64,000 nucleotides of DNA from an uncultured Planctomycetota bacterium. GTDB taxonomy: Bacteria; Planctomycetota; Planctomycetia; Isosphaerales; Isosphaeraceae. The stretch is taken from assembly GCA_963737655.1 (NCBI GenBank), contig CAVTTN010000002.1, positions 4,960,001 to 5,024,000 of the forward strand. Direction: 5' to 3'. Both the position numbers and the translations under genes were made by a program. The notes beneath the pieces were generated by a model. The model saw nothing but the letters and a program-made list of their open reading frames with translations, had not been told where the DNA came from and did not search any database. This document shows, piece after piece, positions 54,133 through 63,717 of this stretch. The stretch's first letter is position 1; the number at the start of each line of letters is the position of its first letter.

Positions 54133-54918
54133 ATGGCCCCGTTCGACCGCCTGGTCTCCCGAATCCTGCCGATCCGCGACAAGATCACGGCGCATCCGGT
54201 CTATTCGCGGATCGGCACCGAGGCGGGCCTCCGCCGGTTCCAGGAGCATCACGTCTTCGCCGTCTGGGACTTCATGACGCTCCTGAAGGCCCTCCAGCGA
54301 GGGCTGACCTGCGTGGACCTGCCGTGGCGGCCGGTGGGCGATCCCTCGGTTCGCCGCCTGATCAACGCCATCGTCCTGGCCGAGGAGAGCGACGACGACG
54401 GCCAGGGCGGCGCGATCAGTCATTTCGAGATGTACCTCGACGCGATGGCCGCCTCCGGGGCCGACTCGGGGCCGATCCGCCGGGTCCTGGCGCTTCTCGC
54501 GGATGGGCTCGGCCTCGAGGACGCCCTGGGACGCGCGCACGTCCCCGATCCGGCCTCGCGGTTCGTCCTGGCGACCCAAAAAGTCGTCGAGAGCCGCTCT
54601 CTGCCGGCGATCGCCTCGGCCTTCACCCTGGGGCGGGAGGCGCTGATCCCCGACCTCTTCCGCTCGGTCGTGGCCGAGCTGAACCGAGGCTCCGACGGCC
54701 GCCTGGACCTCCTCGACCGCTATCTCGACCGCCACATCGGCCTGGACGACGAGGAGCATGGCCCGATGGCCCGCCGGATGCTCGAATCGCTCTGCGGAGA
54801 CGACCCCGCCCGATGGCTCCTCGCCGAACGCGCCGCGATTGCCGCGTTGCAAGCCCGGCTCGACCTCTGGGACGGCATCGATCGAGCGATCCAGGAGGGA
54901 GAGACGATCCGCCGATGA
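54133..54918 (+). CDS. DUF3050 family (heme-oxygenase-like fold) protein
   Basis: HHVFAVWDFMTLLKALQ, INAIVLAEESD, SHFEMY, GREALIP and YLDRHIGLDDEEHGP motifs. Confidence 0.85.
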   Translation: MAPFDRLVSRILPIRDKITAHPVYSRIGTEAGLRRFQEHHVFAVWDFMTLLKALQRGLTCVDLPWRPVGDPSVRRLINAIVLAEESDDDGQGGAISHFEMYLDAMAASGADSGPIRRVLALLADGLGLEDALGRAHVPDPASRFVLATQKVVESRSLPAIASAFTLGREALIPDLFRSVVAELNRGSDGRLDLLDRYLDRHIGLDDEEHGPMARRMLESLCGDDPARWLLAERAAIAALQARLDLWDGIDRAIQEGETIRR

Positions 54919-55183
54919 CGCCGATGGCCGCGGAGGAAGACGGATGGATGCGGGCCCGCCGTCCGCCGAGGTCAGTTCGATTTTTCCTCGTTCCCACGCT
55001 CTGCGTGGGAATGCCGTCCTGGACGCTCTGCGTCCGCATTCTTGCCGAGCCGGAGCGACGCGGAGCGTCGGGGACGGCATTCCCACGCAGAGCGTGGGAA
55101 CGAGAATCTTACCGACCTCGGCGGACGGCGGGCCCGCATCCATCCGTCTTCCTCCGCGGCCATCGGCGTCATCGGCGGATCGT
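54904..55183. repeat. 280-bp nested palindromic element (9-nt-periodic outer arms around a CTCGTTCCCACGC-type REP doublet)
   Basis: 70-bp perfect outer inverted repeats at 54904-54973 / 55114-55183; inner 33-bp perfect inverted repeats at 54987-55019 / 55072-55104. Confidence 0.92.
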
Positions 55184-55187
55184 TGCT

Positions 55188-55937
55188 TCACATTCCTTCC
55201 ACCGCATCGAGATCGCACCACGGCCCCCGGCTGCGGAATGAGGGCGGAGGCAGCGATTCGGCGAGCTTGCGGGCGGTTTCGGGGGCGACGTCGTCCCGCT
55301 TGCGGCCTAGCCCTCGAAAGATCGTCAGGCCGCGGCTCCGGGCGAGGATCTCGCGACGGGATCGCCCTTCCGGAGCATCGGGCCAGGGGCCGGGATGCTC
55401 CTCGAAATGGAAGAAGACGGGGACGACCCGTCGGAAGTAGAGCCAGTAATCGGGGTTGTCGGTCTGGAGGACGAACAGGCCGTCGGGCCCGAGCGCCTTG
55501 TGGACATCGGCGAGGAATCGCGGGGTGACGAGCCGTCGATGGGCCTCCCTCGGGTCGTGATACGGCTGAGGGTGGTACAGGTGGACCTCGCTCGCCGCCT
55601 CGGGGCCGAGATAGCGGCTCACGAGCGTCTGGGCGTCCTTCACCGCGAACCGGACGTTGTGCAGCCCTCGCTGGTTGGCCCGGCGGGTGGCATAGCGGAT
55701 GACCACGGGGAGCAAATCCGAGGCGAAATGGTCGTGATCGGGCCGCGCGAGGGCACTCTGCAAGGTGAACCGGCCGTTGCCGCATCCGAGCTCGACGATC
55801 AGGGGGGCCGTTCGCCCGAAAATCGCCGGGAAATCGAGAGGCCCCGGAGGCGGCAGCCGCTTCAGGGCGGTCCGGGCCCAGAGGTCTTCCGCAAGGATCT
55901 CGCCGGGGATGGGGACGCCGAATTCGGTCTCGATCAT
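55188..55937 (-). CDS. trmB: tRNA (guanine-N7)-methyltransferase TrmB-like protein
   Basis: VELGCGNGRF, NVRF, YHPQPY, RRLVTP and LQTDNPDY motifs; divergent from the canonical FPDPW. Confidence 0.7.
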   Translation of the reverse strand: MIETEFGVPIPGEILAEDLWARTALKRLPPPGPLDFPAIFGRTAPLIVELGCGNGRFTLQSALARPDHDHFASDLLPVVIRYATRRANQRGLHNVRFAVKDAQTLVSRYLGPEAASEVHLYHPQPYHDPREAHRRLVTPRFLADVHKALGPDGLFVLQTDNPDYWLYFRRVVPVFFHFEEHPGPWPDAPEGRSRREILARSRGLTIFRGLGRKRDDVAPETARKLAESLPPPSFRSRGPWCDLDAVEGM

Positions 55938-56043
55938 CGGGCGGTCGCGTGGTGACGGGTCCAGGAAGGGCGAGACAGCGGGGCACGACGATTGTAACCT
56001 GAGACGTCGGCTTTCGAGCAAACCTCTCGGGGGCCGTCCCGGA

Positions 56044-56148
56044 TTCACCACAAAGCCACCAGGAGCACGAAGGAAGACACGAAGACCGTCGGAATGGATC
56101 CTCGGCTCTCTGTGTCTTCCTTCGTGCTCCTGGTGGCTTTGTGGTGAA
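56044..56148. repeat. 9-nt-periodic palindrome (CAC-type)
   Basis: TTCACCACAAAGCCACCAGGAGCACGAAGGAAGACAC and its exact reverse complement at 56112-56148. Confidence 0.9.
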
Positions 56149-56170
56149 ACTCCCGGGTTATCTCCCGTGG

Positions 56171-56527
56171 ATGAGAGATCCCATGCCCCCCGCCGATCGC
56201 CCGATCCTCGACGCCGTGTCCGCCGTGATCGCCGACCGCAAGGCGAACCCTCCCGACCGCTCGTATGTCGCGAGCCTGCTCAAAGGCGGGATCGCCCGGA
56301 TCGGCCCCAAGATCGTCGAGGAGGCCGGCGAGGTCGTCTCCGCCGCCGAGGAACCGGGCGACTCGGGCCGGGCCCACCTCGTCGCCGAGGTCGCCGACCT
56401 CCTGTTCCACACCCTCGTCCTCCTCGGAGACCGCGACATCGCCTGGAGCGAGATCGAGGCCGAGCTCGCCCGCCGGTTCGGCGTCGGCGGGATCGACGAA
56501 AAGGAGAGCCGAGCGAAGAAGACCTGA
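56171..56527 (+). CDS. hisE: Phosphoribosyl-ATP diphosphatase
   Basis: SYVASLL, KIVEEAGEV, EVADLLFH and ELARR motifs. Start is 56171 or 56183. Confidence 0.92.
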   Translation: MRDPMPPADRPILDAVSAVIADRKANPPDRSYVASLLKGGIARIGPKIVEEAGEVVSAAEEPGDSGRAHLVAEVADLLFHTLVLLGDRDIAWSEIEAELARRFGVGGIDEKESRAKKT

Positions 56528-56587
56528 ACGCAGATTACGCAGATTACTGAAAGCTAAACCATTTTCTTAATCTGCGTAATCTGCGTT
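56527..56587. repeat. 9-nt-periodic palindrome (CGCAGAT-type), copy 1
   Basis: AACGCAGATTACGCAGATTA-N21-TAATCTGCGTAATCTGCGTT. Confidence 0.9.
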
Positions 56588-56599
56588 TCGGTCTCCGCC

Positions 56600-58225
56600 T
56601 CATTCCTCGTCGCGACGGACGAGCGGCCCCTCGGTCCGGGCGAGGATTCGCGTCTCTCCGCGTTCGTCCTGGAGTTCTCGGACCATCAGGAGCTTGGGGG
56701 CGGACTTGGACCAGTTGGCGAACTCGGAGGGGAGCAGCAGGACGAACCTGGGGGCCTCTCCGGGGCCTCCTCGGAGGAAGACCTCGCTGGGCAGTTGGCG
56801 GACGGCCCGCTCGGTGGCGAAGGCGAGGTCGGCGGGCCAGGTGTGGAGGGTGTGGATCGGCGACCTCGGCGGCACGCATTGGCCGATCGCCCGGCCCCAG
56901 GGCCCCTGCCCCAGCCGGTAATTGGCCTCGGGCACGAGGATCCCCCACATGGCCAGCTTCATCCCGATCGCGACGAGGAGGACGGTCCGGAACGCCCCCC
57001 GGCCCGACCCGATCGTCGCCGAGTGCAGGGCCAACAGGGCCGTCAGAAGCCCCACGCCGACCAGGACGAAGCAAATCCCGCGATAATACGGCATCTCCGC
57101 CGCGAGCTTCGCGCCCAGGACGACCTCGGTCCCGCCCCAGACCAGGGCCAGGAGGAGCGACGAGGCGGTCAGGAACCGCCTCGGACCGACGAGCGAGCGA
57201 TCGGCGAGGACGCGGTCGATCCCGGCCCCGGCGAGGATCGCCAGGCCCGCGAGGATCGGCCCCTTCGCCATCGGCCCGGCCCCGGGGACGATCGTCCCGG
57301 CGATCAGCAGGACCCCCAGGATCTGGGCCCAGCCCTTGGTGAGCGTCCGGGCCGGCTCGGCGAACCCCTGGCGGAGCGTCGGCATCCCGGAAAGCCCGGC
57401 CAAAGGCGACCACGGCAGGCCGGCGAACACCGCCCACAACGCCAGCCCCCAGGCCGGCGGCTGAGTCAACGGCAACGCCACGGCCGACGCCCAGACCTCC
57501 GCCCGGGTGGCCATCAACGCCCAGGCCGACCACCCCGCGAACGCCAGGATCGGCGGCAGGAAGAGCCGGACGTTCAGCCTCGCCTCCGGCCTGCCCAGCA
57601 CGATCACCGGCAGGACGACCATCGCCAAAGCCGGCCACCCGCCGAACAGGACGGCCGCCATGGCCCCGAGGCCGGCGAGCCAGTCCGACCCCCGGCTCAA
57701 CAACCGATCGAGCGTGGCGACGATCGCCAGGGCCGAGAGCGGCTCGATCCCGGTCCAGGTCGTGCGGTCCATCGCGGCCAGGCCGCCGAGGAACGCCAGG
57801 GACGTCAGCACCCCGGCCCTCTCGCCCATCGCCGAGGCCACTCGTCGGGCGATCAGCAATCCCAGGAAGACCGAGGCGATCACCGCCGGCCAGCGGATCA
57901 CCCCGCCCCTGGGAAACCCGCCCTCGAACAGGGCCCAGAGCTGGCTCGTGACGACCCGGCCGATCGGGATCGAGGGCTCCCAGCCGCCGAAGACCTGGGC
58001 GAACGGGCCGATCCCCTCGGCCGCCGCCAGGCCGAGCCTCGCCTCGATCTCGTCGGGTTCCCGGGCGCCGCCGCCCAGGACGACGAACCCCACCGCGATG
58101 GCCGCCAGGGCGAGCCCGGGGACCAGGGCCGATCGTGTCCCGGCGTCCTCGGACTCGGGCGCCTCGCTCGGGTCCAGGCGGAAGCGTTTCGAGAGGGCTC
58201 GGACGCTCTCGCGTTCAATGGGCAT
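56600..58225 (-). CDS. Polytopic membrane protein, ArnT/GT-C glycosyltransferase-like
   Basis: More than 10 TM segments, EPDEIEAR loop after TM1, IRWPAV and LPWSP motifs; divergent. Confidence 0.6.
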   Translation of the reverse strand: MPIERESVRALSKRFRLDPSEAPESEDAGTRSALVPGLALAAIAVGFVVLGGGAREPDEIEARLGLAAAEGIGPFAQVFGGWEPSIPIGRVVTSQLWALFEGGFPRGGVIRWPAVIASVFLGLLIARRVASAMGERAGVLTSLAFLGGLAAMDRTTWTGIEPLSALAIVATLDRLLSRGSDWLAGLGAMAAVLFGGWPALAMVVLPVIVLGRPEARLNVRLFLPPILAFAGWSAWALMATRAEVWASAVALPLTQPPAWGLALWAVFAGLPWSPLAGLSGMPTLRQGFAEPARTLTKGWAQILGVLLIAGTIVPGAGPMAKGPILAGLAILAGAGIDRVLADRSLVGPRRFLTASSLLLALVWGGTEVVLGAKLAAEMPYYRGICFVLVGVGLLTALLALHSATIGSGRGAFRTVLLVAIGMKLAMWGILVPEANYRLGQGPWGRAIGQCVPPRSPIHTLHTWPADLAFATERAVRQLPSEVFLRGGPGEAPRFVLLLPSEFANWSKSAPKLLMVRELQDERGETRILARTEGPLVRRDEE

Positions 58226-58838
58226 GGCTCGGCTCCTGGAGGCTCGGCGGGGCGGGCGAAGGCGGCGGGGCCGGGTCGCGGACGATCGCCGGCTCGAACA
58301 GCTCGGCATTCGGCCGGTCCTTCGCCATCGCGTAGATGTAGCCCGGCAGCCAGCCTTCGCGGTACGTCTGGCGGTCCATCTCGGCGGCCACGTCCTCGAT
58401 GGTCCAGCCGTCCTTCTCGAAGCGATACAGGGCCACGGCGGCGCCGGTCCGGCAGGTCCCCCGGGCGCAGTGGACCAGGACCGGCCGTCGCGACGGGTCA
58501 TCGACGGCGGCCAGGACCTCGCGGAACTGGACCTCCTTGCCGAACCCGTCGCCGGGCATGGGCAGGTTCAGGAACTCGACGCCGAGGGAGCGGCACAACG
58601 CCCGCTCCTCCTCGACCTTCGGCCCCGGCACCTGGAAGTTCACCACGGTCTTCAGCCCATACCGCCGGATCGCCTCGGACAACTGCTCCGGCCGAAGCTG
58701 GCCGCTCCGGTACAAGATGCCGGGCTTGACGGTGTCCCAGTGGTCCCAGACATACAGGTTGCGTCGCGATTCCTGGGTCATCCACGCCGTGGTCGCCACG
58801 GCCGCGACGACCACGACGACGGCGAAAGCCATGCGCAT
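58215..58838 (-). CDS. Membrane-anchored protein-tyrosine/dual-specificity phosphatase family protein
   Basis: N-terminal TM, LYRSGQ, PVLVHCARGTCRTG (CX5R). Confidence 0.85.
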   Translation of the reverse strand: MRMAFAVVVVVAAVATTAWMTQESRRNLYVWDHWDTVKPGILYRSGQLRPEQLSEAIRRYGLKTVVNFQVPGPKVEEERALCRSLGVEFLNLPMPGDGFGKEVQFREVLAAVDDPSRRPVLVHCARGTCRTGAAVALYRFEKDGWTIEDVAAEMDRQTYREGWLPGYIYAMAKDRPNAELFEPAIVRDPAPPPSPAPPSLQEPSHAH

Positions 58839-58991
58839 GGGCGGCGATCCCCTCCCGAACCCGGGCCTCGTTCGATTCTTCGGGCGGATCGACGGCGCAA
58901 GAGGTGAAGATCGCGGGAGCCAGGTCGTCCGTCGCGGGGGCGGATCGTAGGGAAGCCCCGCCCTTCGGTCAAGACGAACTGAACCCGGGGG

Positions 58992-59060
58992 ATCGAAACG
59001 CAGATTGCGCAGATTTCAAAGAGTTTCCATCTGCGCAATCTGCGTAATCTGCGTTTCGAT
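58992..59060. repeat. 9-nt-periodic palindrome (CGCAGAT-type), copy 2
   Basis: ATCGAAACGCAGATTGCGCAGATT ... ATCTGCGCAATCTGCGTAATCTGCGTTTCGAT (2 units versus 3 units). Confidence 0.88.
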
Positions 59061-59298
59061 GCCCTGTTTTTCGCGAGAGAAACCGGGATTTCGAGATCAG
59101 AGCCCGAACAAGACGGCTTGGGACGACGAATCAGGCACAATCTGAGGACCGAGATCGAGCCGGCGCCTCGGGTGCGTCCGGGCCGGTCGTTCTGCATCGG
59201 CTTGTCCGGCCGGCGGGCGGCGACTACCATACACCGATCCGTCGCGGGCGACCGGGCTTCGGACCGCTCGCGGCTTCCGTTCCCAGGGGCATCCTCCC

Positions 59299-62024
59299 AT
59301 GCGCGTTCCCGGTCCCCGAGCCTCGGCCGCGTGTCTGGCGGCGACGTTCCTCCTTGGCCTGATCGCCGCCCCGGCCCTGGCCGATGGCCAGCAGCCGAAG
59401 GAGAAGGATTCTCGCCGGAAGCTCAAGGAGGCGACCTTCACCACCAGCGTCTCGCCCGCCACGGCCAAGCCCGGCGAGACGGTGACCTACACCGTGACCG
59501 CCAAGATCGAGGACGGCTGGCATATCTACGCCTACAAGAAGGAACAGCCCGAGTCCGCCCCGATCGCCACCCAGTTCGACGTCTTCGGCACCGACGGCCT
59601 GGGCCTCGTCGGCGACTGGAAGCCCTCGGCCGAGCCCGAGGTGAAGCGCGAACCGGCCTACGACGCCCCGGTCGAGTACTACGAGGGCACCGTCTCCTGG
59701 TCGATCCAGGTGAAAGTCCCCGCCGACGCGAAGCCCGGCAAGAAGACGCTCAAGAACCAGATCAACTTCATGATCTGCGACCCGAACAACTGCCTCCCGC
59801 CCACCAAGACCACGGTGCCCGAGGCGACCGTGACCGTCTCCTCCAAAGGCTCGGCGATGGCCCCGCCCGGCCCGAGGTCGGCGCTCGCCTCGCTCTCCGT
59901 GGCGGCCCTGGCCGACGGCCAGCCGAAGGAGAAGGACTCGCGACGGAAGCTCAAGCAGGCCGCGTTCACCACCAGCGTCTCGCCCGCCACGGCCAAGCCC
60001 GGCGACACCGTCACCTACACCGTGACCGCGAAGATCGAGGACGGCTGGCACGTCTACGCCTACAAGGCCAAGCAGGCCGAAGAGGCCCCGATCGCCACCC
60101 AGTTCGACTTCTTCGACAAGGCCGGCCTCTCGCCCGAGGGGGAATGGACGCCGTCGGAGAAGCCCGAGGTCAAGAAGGACCCGGGGTTCAAGGACCCGAT
60201 CGAGTACCACGAGAAGACCGTCTCCTGGAGCCTCAAGCTCAAGGTCCCCGCCGACGCGAAGCCGGGCAAGGTCACGCTCAAGAACCAGGTCAATTTCCAG
60301 ATCTGCAACGACACCGGCTGCCTCCCCCCGACCAAGACGACCCTGCCCGACGCCTCGGTGACGGTCACCGGAGGCTCCTCCTGGCTCGGGCCGATCGGCC
60401 CGAGGACGGCCCTGGCCCTGGTCGCCGTGGCCCAGGCCGGGGCGGCCGCGGCCCCGGTCGCGAAGGCTTCGGGCGACGTGGGGGCCGCGATCGACGGCGG
60501 GCTCCTGGCGTTCCTCGCCTATTCGGCCCTGGGCGGACTGGTCGCCTTGCTGATGCCGTGCGTCTGGCCGATGGTGCCGATCACGGTGAATTTCTTCGTG
60601 AAGCAGGGAGGCGAGAAGAAGGGATCGGGCCTCGGGCTGGCGGTGGTGTATTGCCTGGCGATCGTCGGGATCTACACGACGCTCGGCCTGGTCGTCACGT
60701 TCGCCAAGGGGGCGTCGGGGGCCTCGGACCTGGGCAATAACGCCTGGCTGAACCTGATCATGGGCCTGGTCTTCATCGCCCTGGGGTTGAGCCTGCTGGG
60801 TCTGTTCGAGATCCGCCTGCCGAACTTCCTGCTGAACGCCACGAGCCAGAGGGAAGGCCAGGGCGGGCTGGTGGGCGTCATGTTCATGGCCGCGACGTTG
60901 ACGATCACGTCGTTCACCTGCACCGCGCCGGTGGTCGGGAGCCTCCTGGGCCTGGCGACGAAGGGGCAGGTGTTCTACCCGGTCGTGGGGATGCTCACGT
61001 TCTCGGCGGTTTTGGCGCTGCCGTTCTTCGTCCTGGCCCTGGTGCCGGGCCTGTTGCACAAGATGCCCCGGAGCGGCGACTGGATGAACGCGGTGAAGGT
61101 CGTCGGCGGGCTGGTGGAGATCGGCGCCGCGTTCAAGTTCCTGAACACGGCGGAGATCAGCTTCGGGACCACGCCGGACAACGCCTGGATCGACTCGACG
61201 GTGATCCTGACGGCCTGGGTCGTCCTGTCCCTGGTGGCGGGGATCTACCTGCTCGGCCTCTTCCGCACCGATCACGACCTCGACGCCCCGAAGGTCGGCC
61301 CGGCCCGGCTGATGATGGGCGTGCTGTTCCTGGGCGTGTCGCTGTATCTCGCGCCGGCCCTGTTCGGCAACCCCCCGCAGAGCCGCTTCTACAACCAGAT
61401 CGCCGGCATCCTGCCCAAGGACACCGACAACCTCGACTCGGCCAGGCGAGGCAGCCGCGAGACCCTCACCAAGGTGGCCGACCTCCTGGCGACGCCCGGA
61501 ACTCGCTCGGGAGACGCCCCGGCGCGACGAGGGTCGCCCAGGTGCCGAGGAAGGCCACGTCGAACGACCCGAAGACGGCCGTCCGCGAGGAGAAGCGGGA
61601 CCACGGCGTCCTCTGGGGGATGAGCTACGAGGCCGCGTTGGAAGAGGCCAAGGCCACGAACCGGCCGGTCTTGATCGACTTCACCGGCGTGAACTGCGCC
61701 AACTGCCGGACCGTCGAGAAGTCGATCATGCCGAAGCCCGACGTGGTGGAGCAGCTCAAGAAGTTCGTGACCGTCCAGCTCTACACCGACACCGTGGACA
61801 TCGACAGCCTGACCAAAGAGCAACGCAAAGAGCTCGCCGACGACAACCTCGACTTCGAGGAGAAGCTCACGGAGCAGATCACCAGCCCCCTGTACGTGGT
61901 GGTCACGCCCGACGGCAAGAAGGTCGCGCAGACCGGCTACTCGGCCGATACGAACTTCCTCCGAGACTTCCTCAAGGGCGCCCTGGCCAAGTACCAGGGA
62001 GTCGAGAAGGTCGCGAGCCAGTAG
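59299..62024 (+). CDS. dsbD: Thiol:disulfide interchange protein DsbD-like, with two N-terminal Ig-like domains; frameshift near 61520
   Basis: 2 x GWHxY...C-x4-CLPP domains, TM domain with LMPCVWP and FTCTAP, thioredoxin domain DFTGVNCANC (ORF 61542). Confidence 0.85.
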
Positions 62025-62227
62025 GGTGCATGAAATGCACCGTCGCGTAGGGTGCATGAAATGCACCAACGAAACGGCGGCCGAGAGGCCGCCTACAGCT
62101 TCCCCGACCACTTCCCCGATCTCATCGCGACGTTGGCTCGGGATGAGGAGGTCGGCCTGTGTATGGGACGCCGTTTCGTTGGTGCATTTCATGCACCCTA
62201 CGCGACGGTGCATTGCATGCACCCTAC
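62021..62227. repeat. Family B GTAG-REP quadruplet filling the dsbD/purM convergent gap
   Basis: 59-bp arms (1 mismatch), each with two GTAGGGTGCATG(A/C)AATGCACC units. Confidence 0.93.
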
Positions 62228-63288
62228 GCAAATCTTACCGCTTTCTCCCCCTCCACCACCCTTCCGATGACCCATGCTGGCACTCCGGCTTCCTTGGAGA
62301 GCGTGCGGACGATCGAATCGGCGTAGTATTCGGCCACGATCAGGACCAGGCCGATCCCCATGTTGAAGACGCGGTACATCTCCTCATCGGGGACGCCCCC
62401 GAGCGCCTGGAGCCAGGGGAAGACCGGCGGGACGTGCCAGACCCTCTGGAGCTCGATCCCCAGGCCGTCGGGCAAGATCCTCGGCGGGTTGTCGATCAGG
62501 CCGCCTCCGGTGATGTGGGCGATCCCGTGGATGATCCGCTTCACCCGGTAGTGGCGATAGACGGCCTTCAACGCCCGGACGTAAATCCTCGTCGGTTCGA
62601 GGAACTCGTCGGCCACCGATCGGCCGAGCTCGGGCACGAAGGTTTCGAGGCCCAGCCCGGCGCGGTCGAAGGCGATCTTGCGGGCGAGGCTGTAGCCGTT
62701 GGAATGAAGCCCCGAGCTGGCCAGGCCGATCACGCGGTCCCCCTCGCGGACCTCGGCGCCGGTCAGGACCTGCTTGCGCTCGACCACCCCGACGCAGAAC
62801 CCGGCCAGGTCGTACTCGCCGGGCTTGTAGAACTCGGGGAGGATCGCGGTCTCGCCGCCCATCAGGGCCGATTCGGCCTCCATGCAGCCGTCGCTGATCC
62901 CCCCGACGATCTCGGCCGTGAGCCCCGGGTCGTCCCGGCTCATGGCGACGTAATCGAGGAAGATCAACGGCTCGGCCCCGGCGCACAGGCAGTCATTCAC
63001 GGACATGGCCACCAGGTCGATGCCGACGGTGCGATGCCGGCCCGTGGCGAACGCCAGCTTCAGCTTGGTGCCCACGCCGTCGGTCGAGGAAACGAGGACG
63101 GGATCGCGATAGGTCCGCGACAACAGGCCGATCTTGTCGTCCAGGCGGAACAGGCCGGCGAAGCCTCCGGGCCAGTCCATGACCCGGGGGGAATAGGTGC
63201 GCCTGAGGAGGGGCGGGAGCCGCCTCATGGTTTCTTCATAGGTGTCCAGGTCCACCCCGGCGGCCTTGTAGTCGATCGGCTCGGTCAT
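62224..63288 (-). CDS. purM: Phosphoribosylformylglycinamidine cyclo-ligase
   Basis: YKAAGVD, TDGVGTK, GIDLVAMSVND, GGETA, SSGLHSNG, HITGGG and FNMGIG motifs. Confidence 0.97.
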   Translation of the reverse strand: MTEPIDYKAAGVDLDTYEETMRRLPPLLRRTYSPRVMDWPGGFAGLFRLDDKIGLLSRTYRDPVLVSSTDGVGTKLKLAFATGRHRTVGIDLVAMSVNDCLCAGAEPLIFLDYVAMSRDDPGLTAEIVGGISDGCMEAESALMGGETAILPEFYKPGEYDLAGFCVGVVERKQVLTGAEVREGDRVIGLASSGLHSNGYSLARKIAFDRAGLGLETFVPELGRSVADEFLEPTRIYVRALKAVYRHYRVKRIIHGIAHITGGGLIDNPPRILPDGLGIELQRVWHVPPVFPWLQALGGVPDEEMYRVFNMGIGLVLIVAEYYADSIVRTLSKEAGVPAWVIGRVVEGEKAVRFA

Positions 63289-63717
63289 GCCCGTCCCATC
63301 CCGTCGGTAAGTTTGGCGAGAGGGAATTCTAGCCGAACCGGCCGTGGGGAGGGAGCGGGCGGCCTTCGGCGATCGGCGAGGAAAGCCGCGCAGGGGAGGC
63401 GGTCCGCGGGCAGGCCGTTTCCTCCTCGCCGGAGGATTCCTCGCAAGCCAATGGGCTGGAACGGGTTCCGTCTTCGGAACCCGTGAGGGACGGCCCATGA
63501 ATCCCGCGGACGGAACCCCAGCCAGCCGGAAATCTGGGGACCTTCGGGCCGGGAAACGGCCCTGGGCGCTCGGGGCCGAGCGCTTGATCGGGCCGGTCCG
63601 TCCGTTTAATGTGAGGGCCGTGGTCCCTCACGATCGAGGCTGGCGACCGCCCGGAGCGGGCTGCCGGCCTCCCGCCGTCTCGCGGCTTTCCCCATCCTCC
63701 CGCCAGGAGAGCATCCG

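Noticed and set aside
63289..63717. ZMP/ZTP or purine riboswitch upstream of purM
   Set aside because: Hairpins exist, but I could not find the conserved riboswitch motifs on the minus strand by eye; a covariance-model scan is needed.
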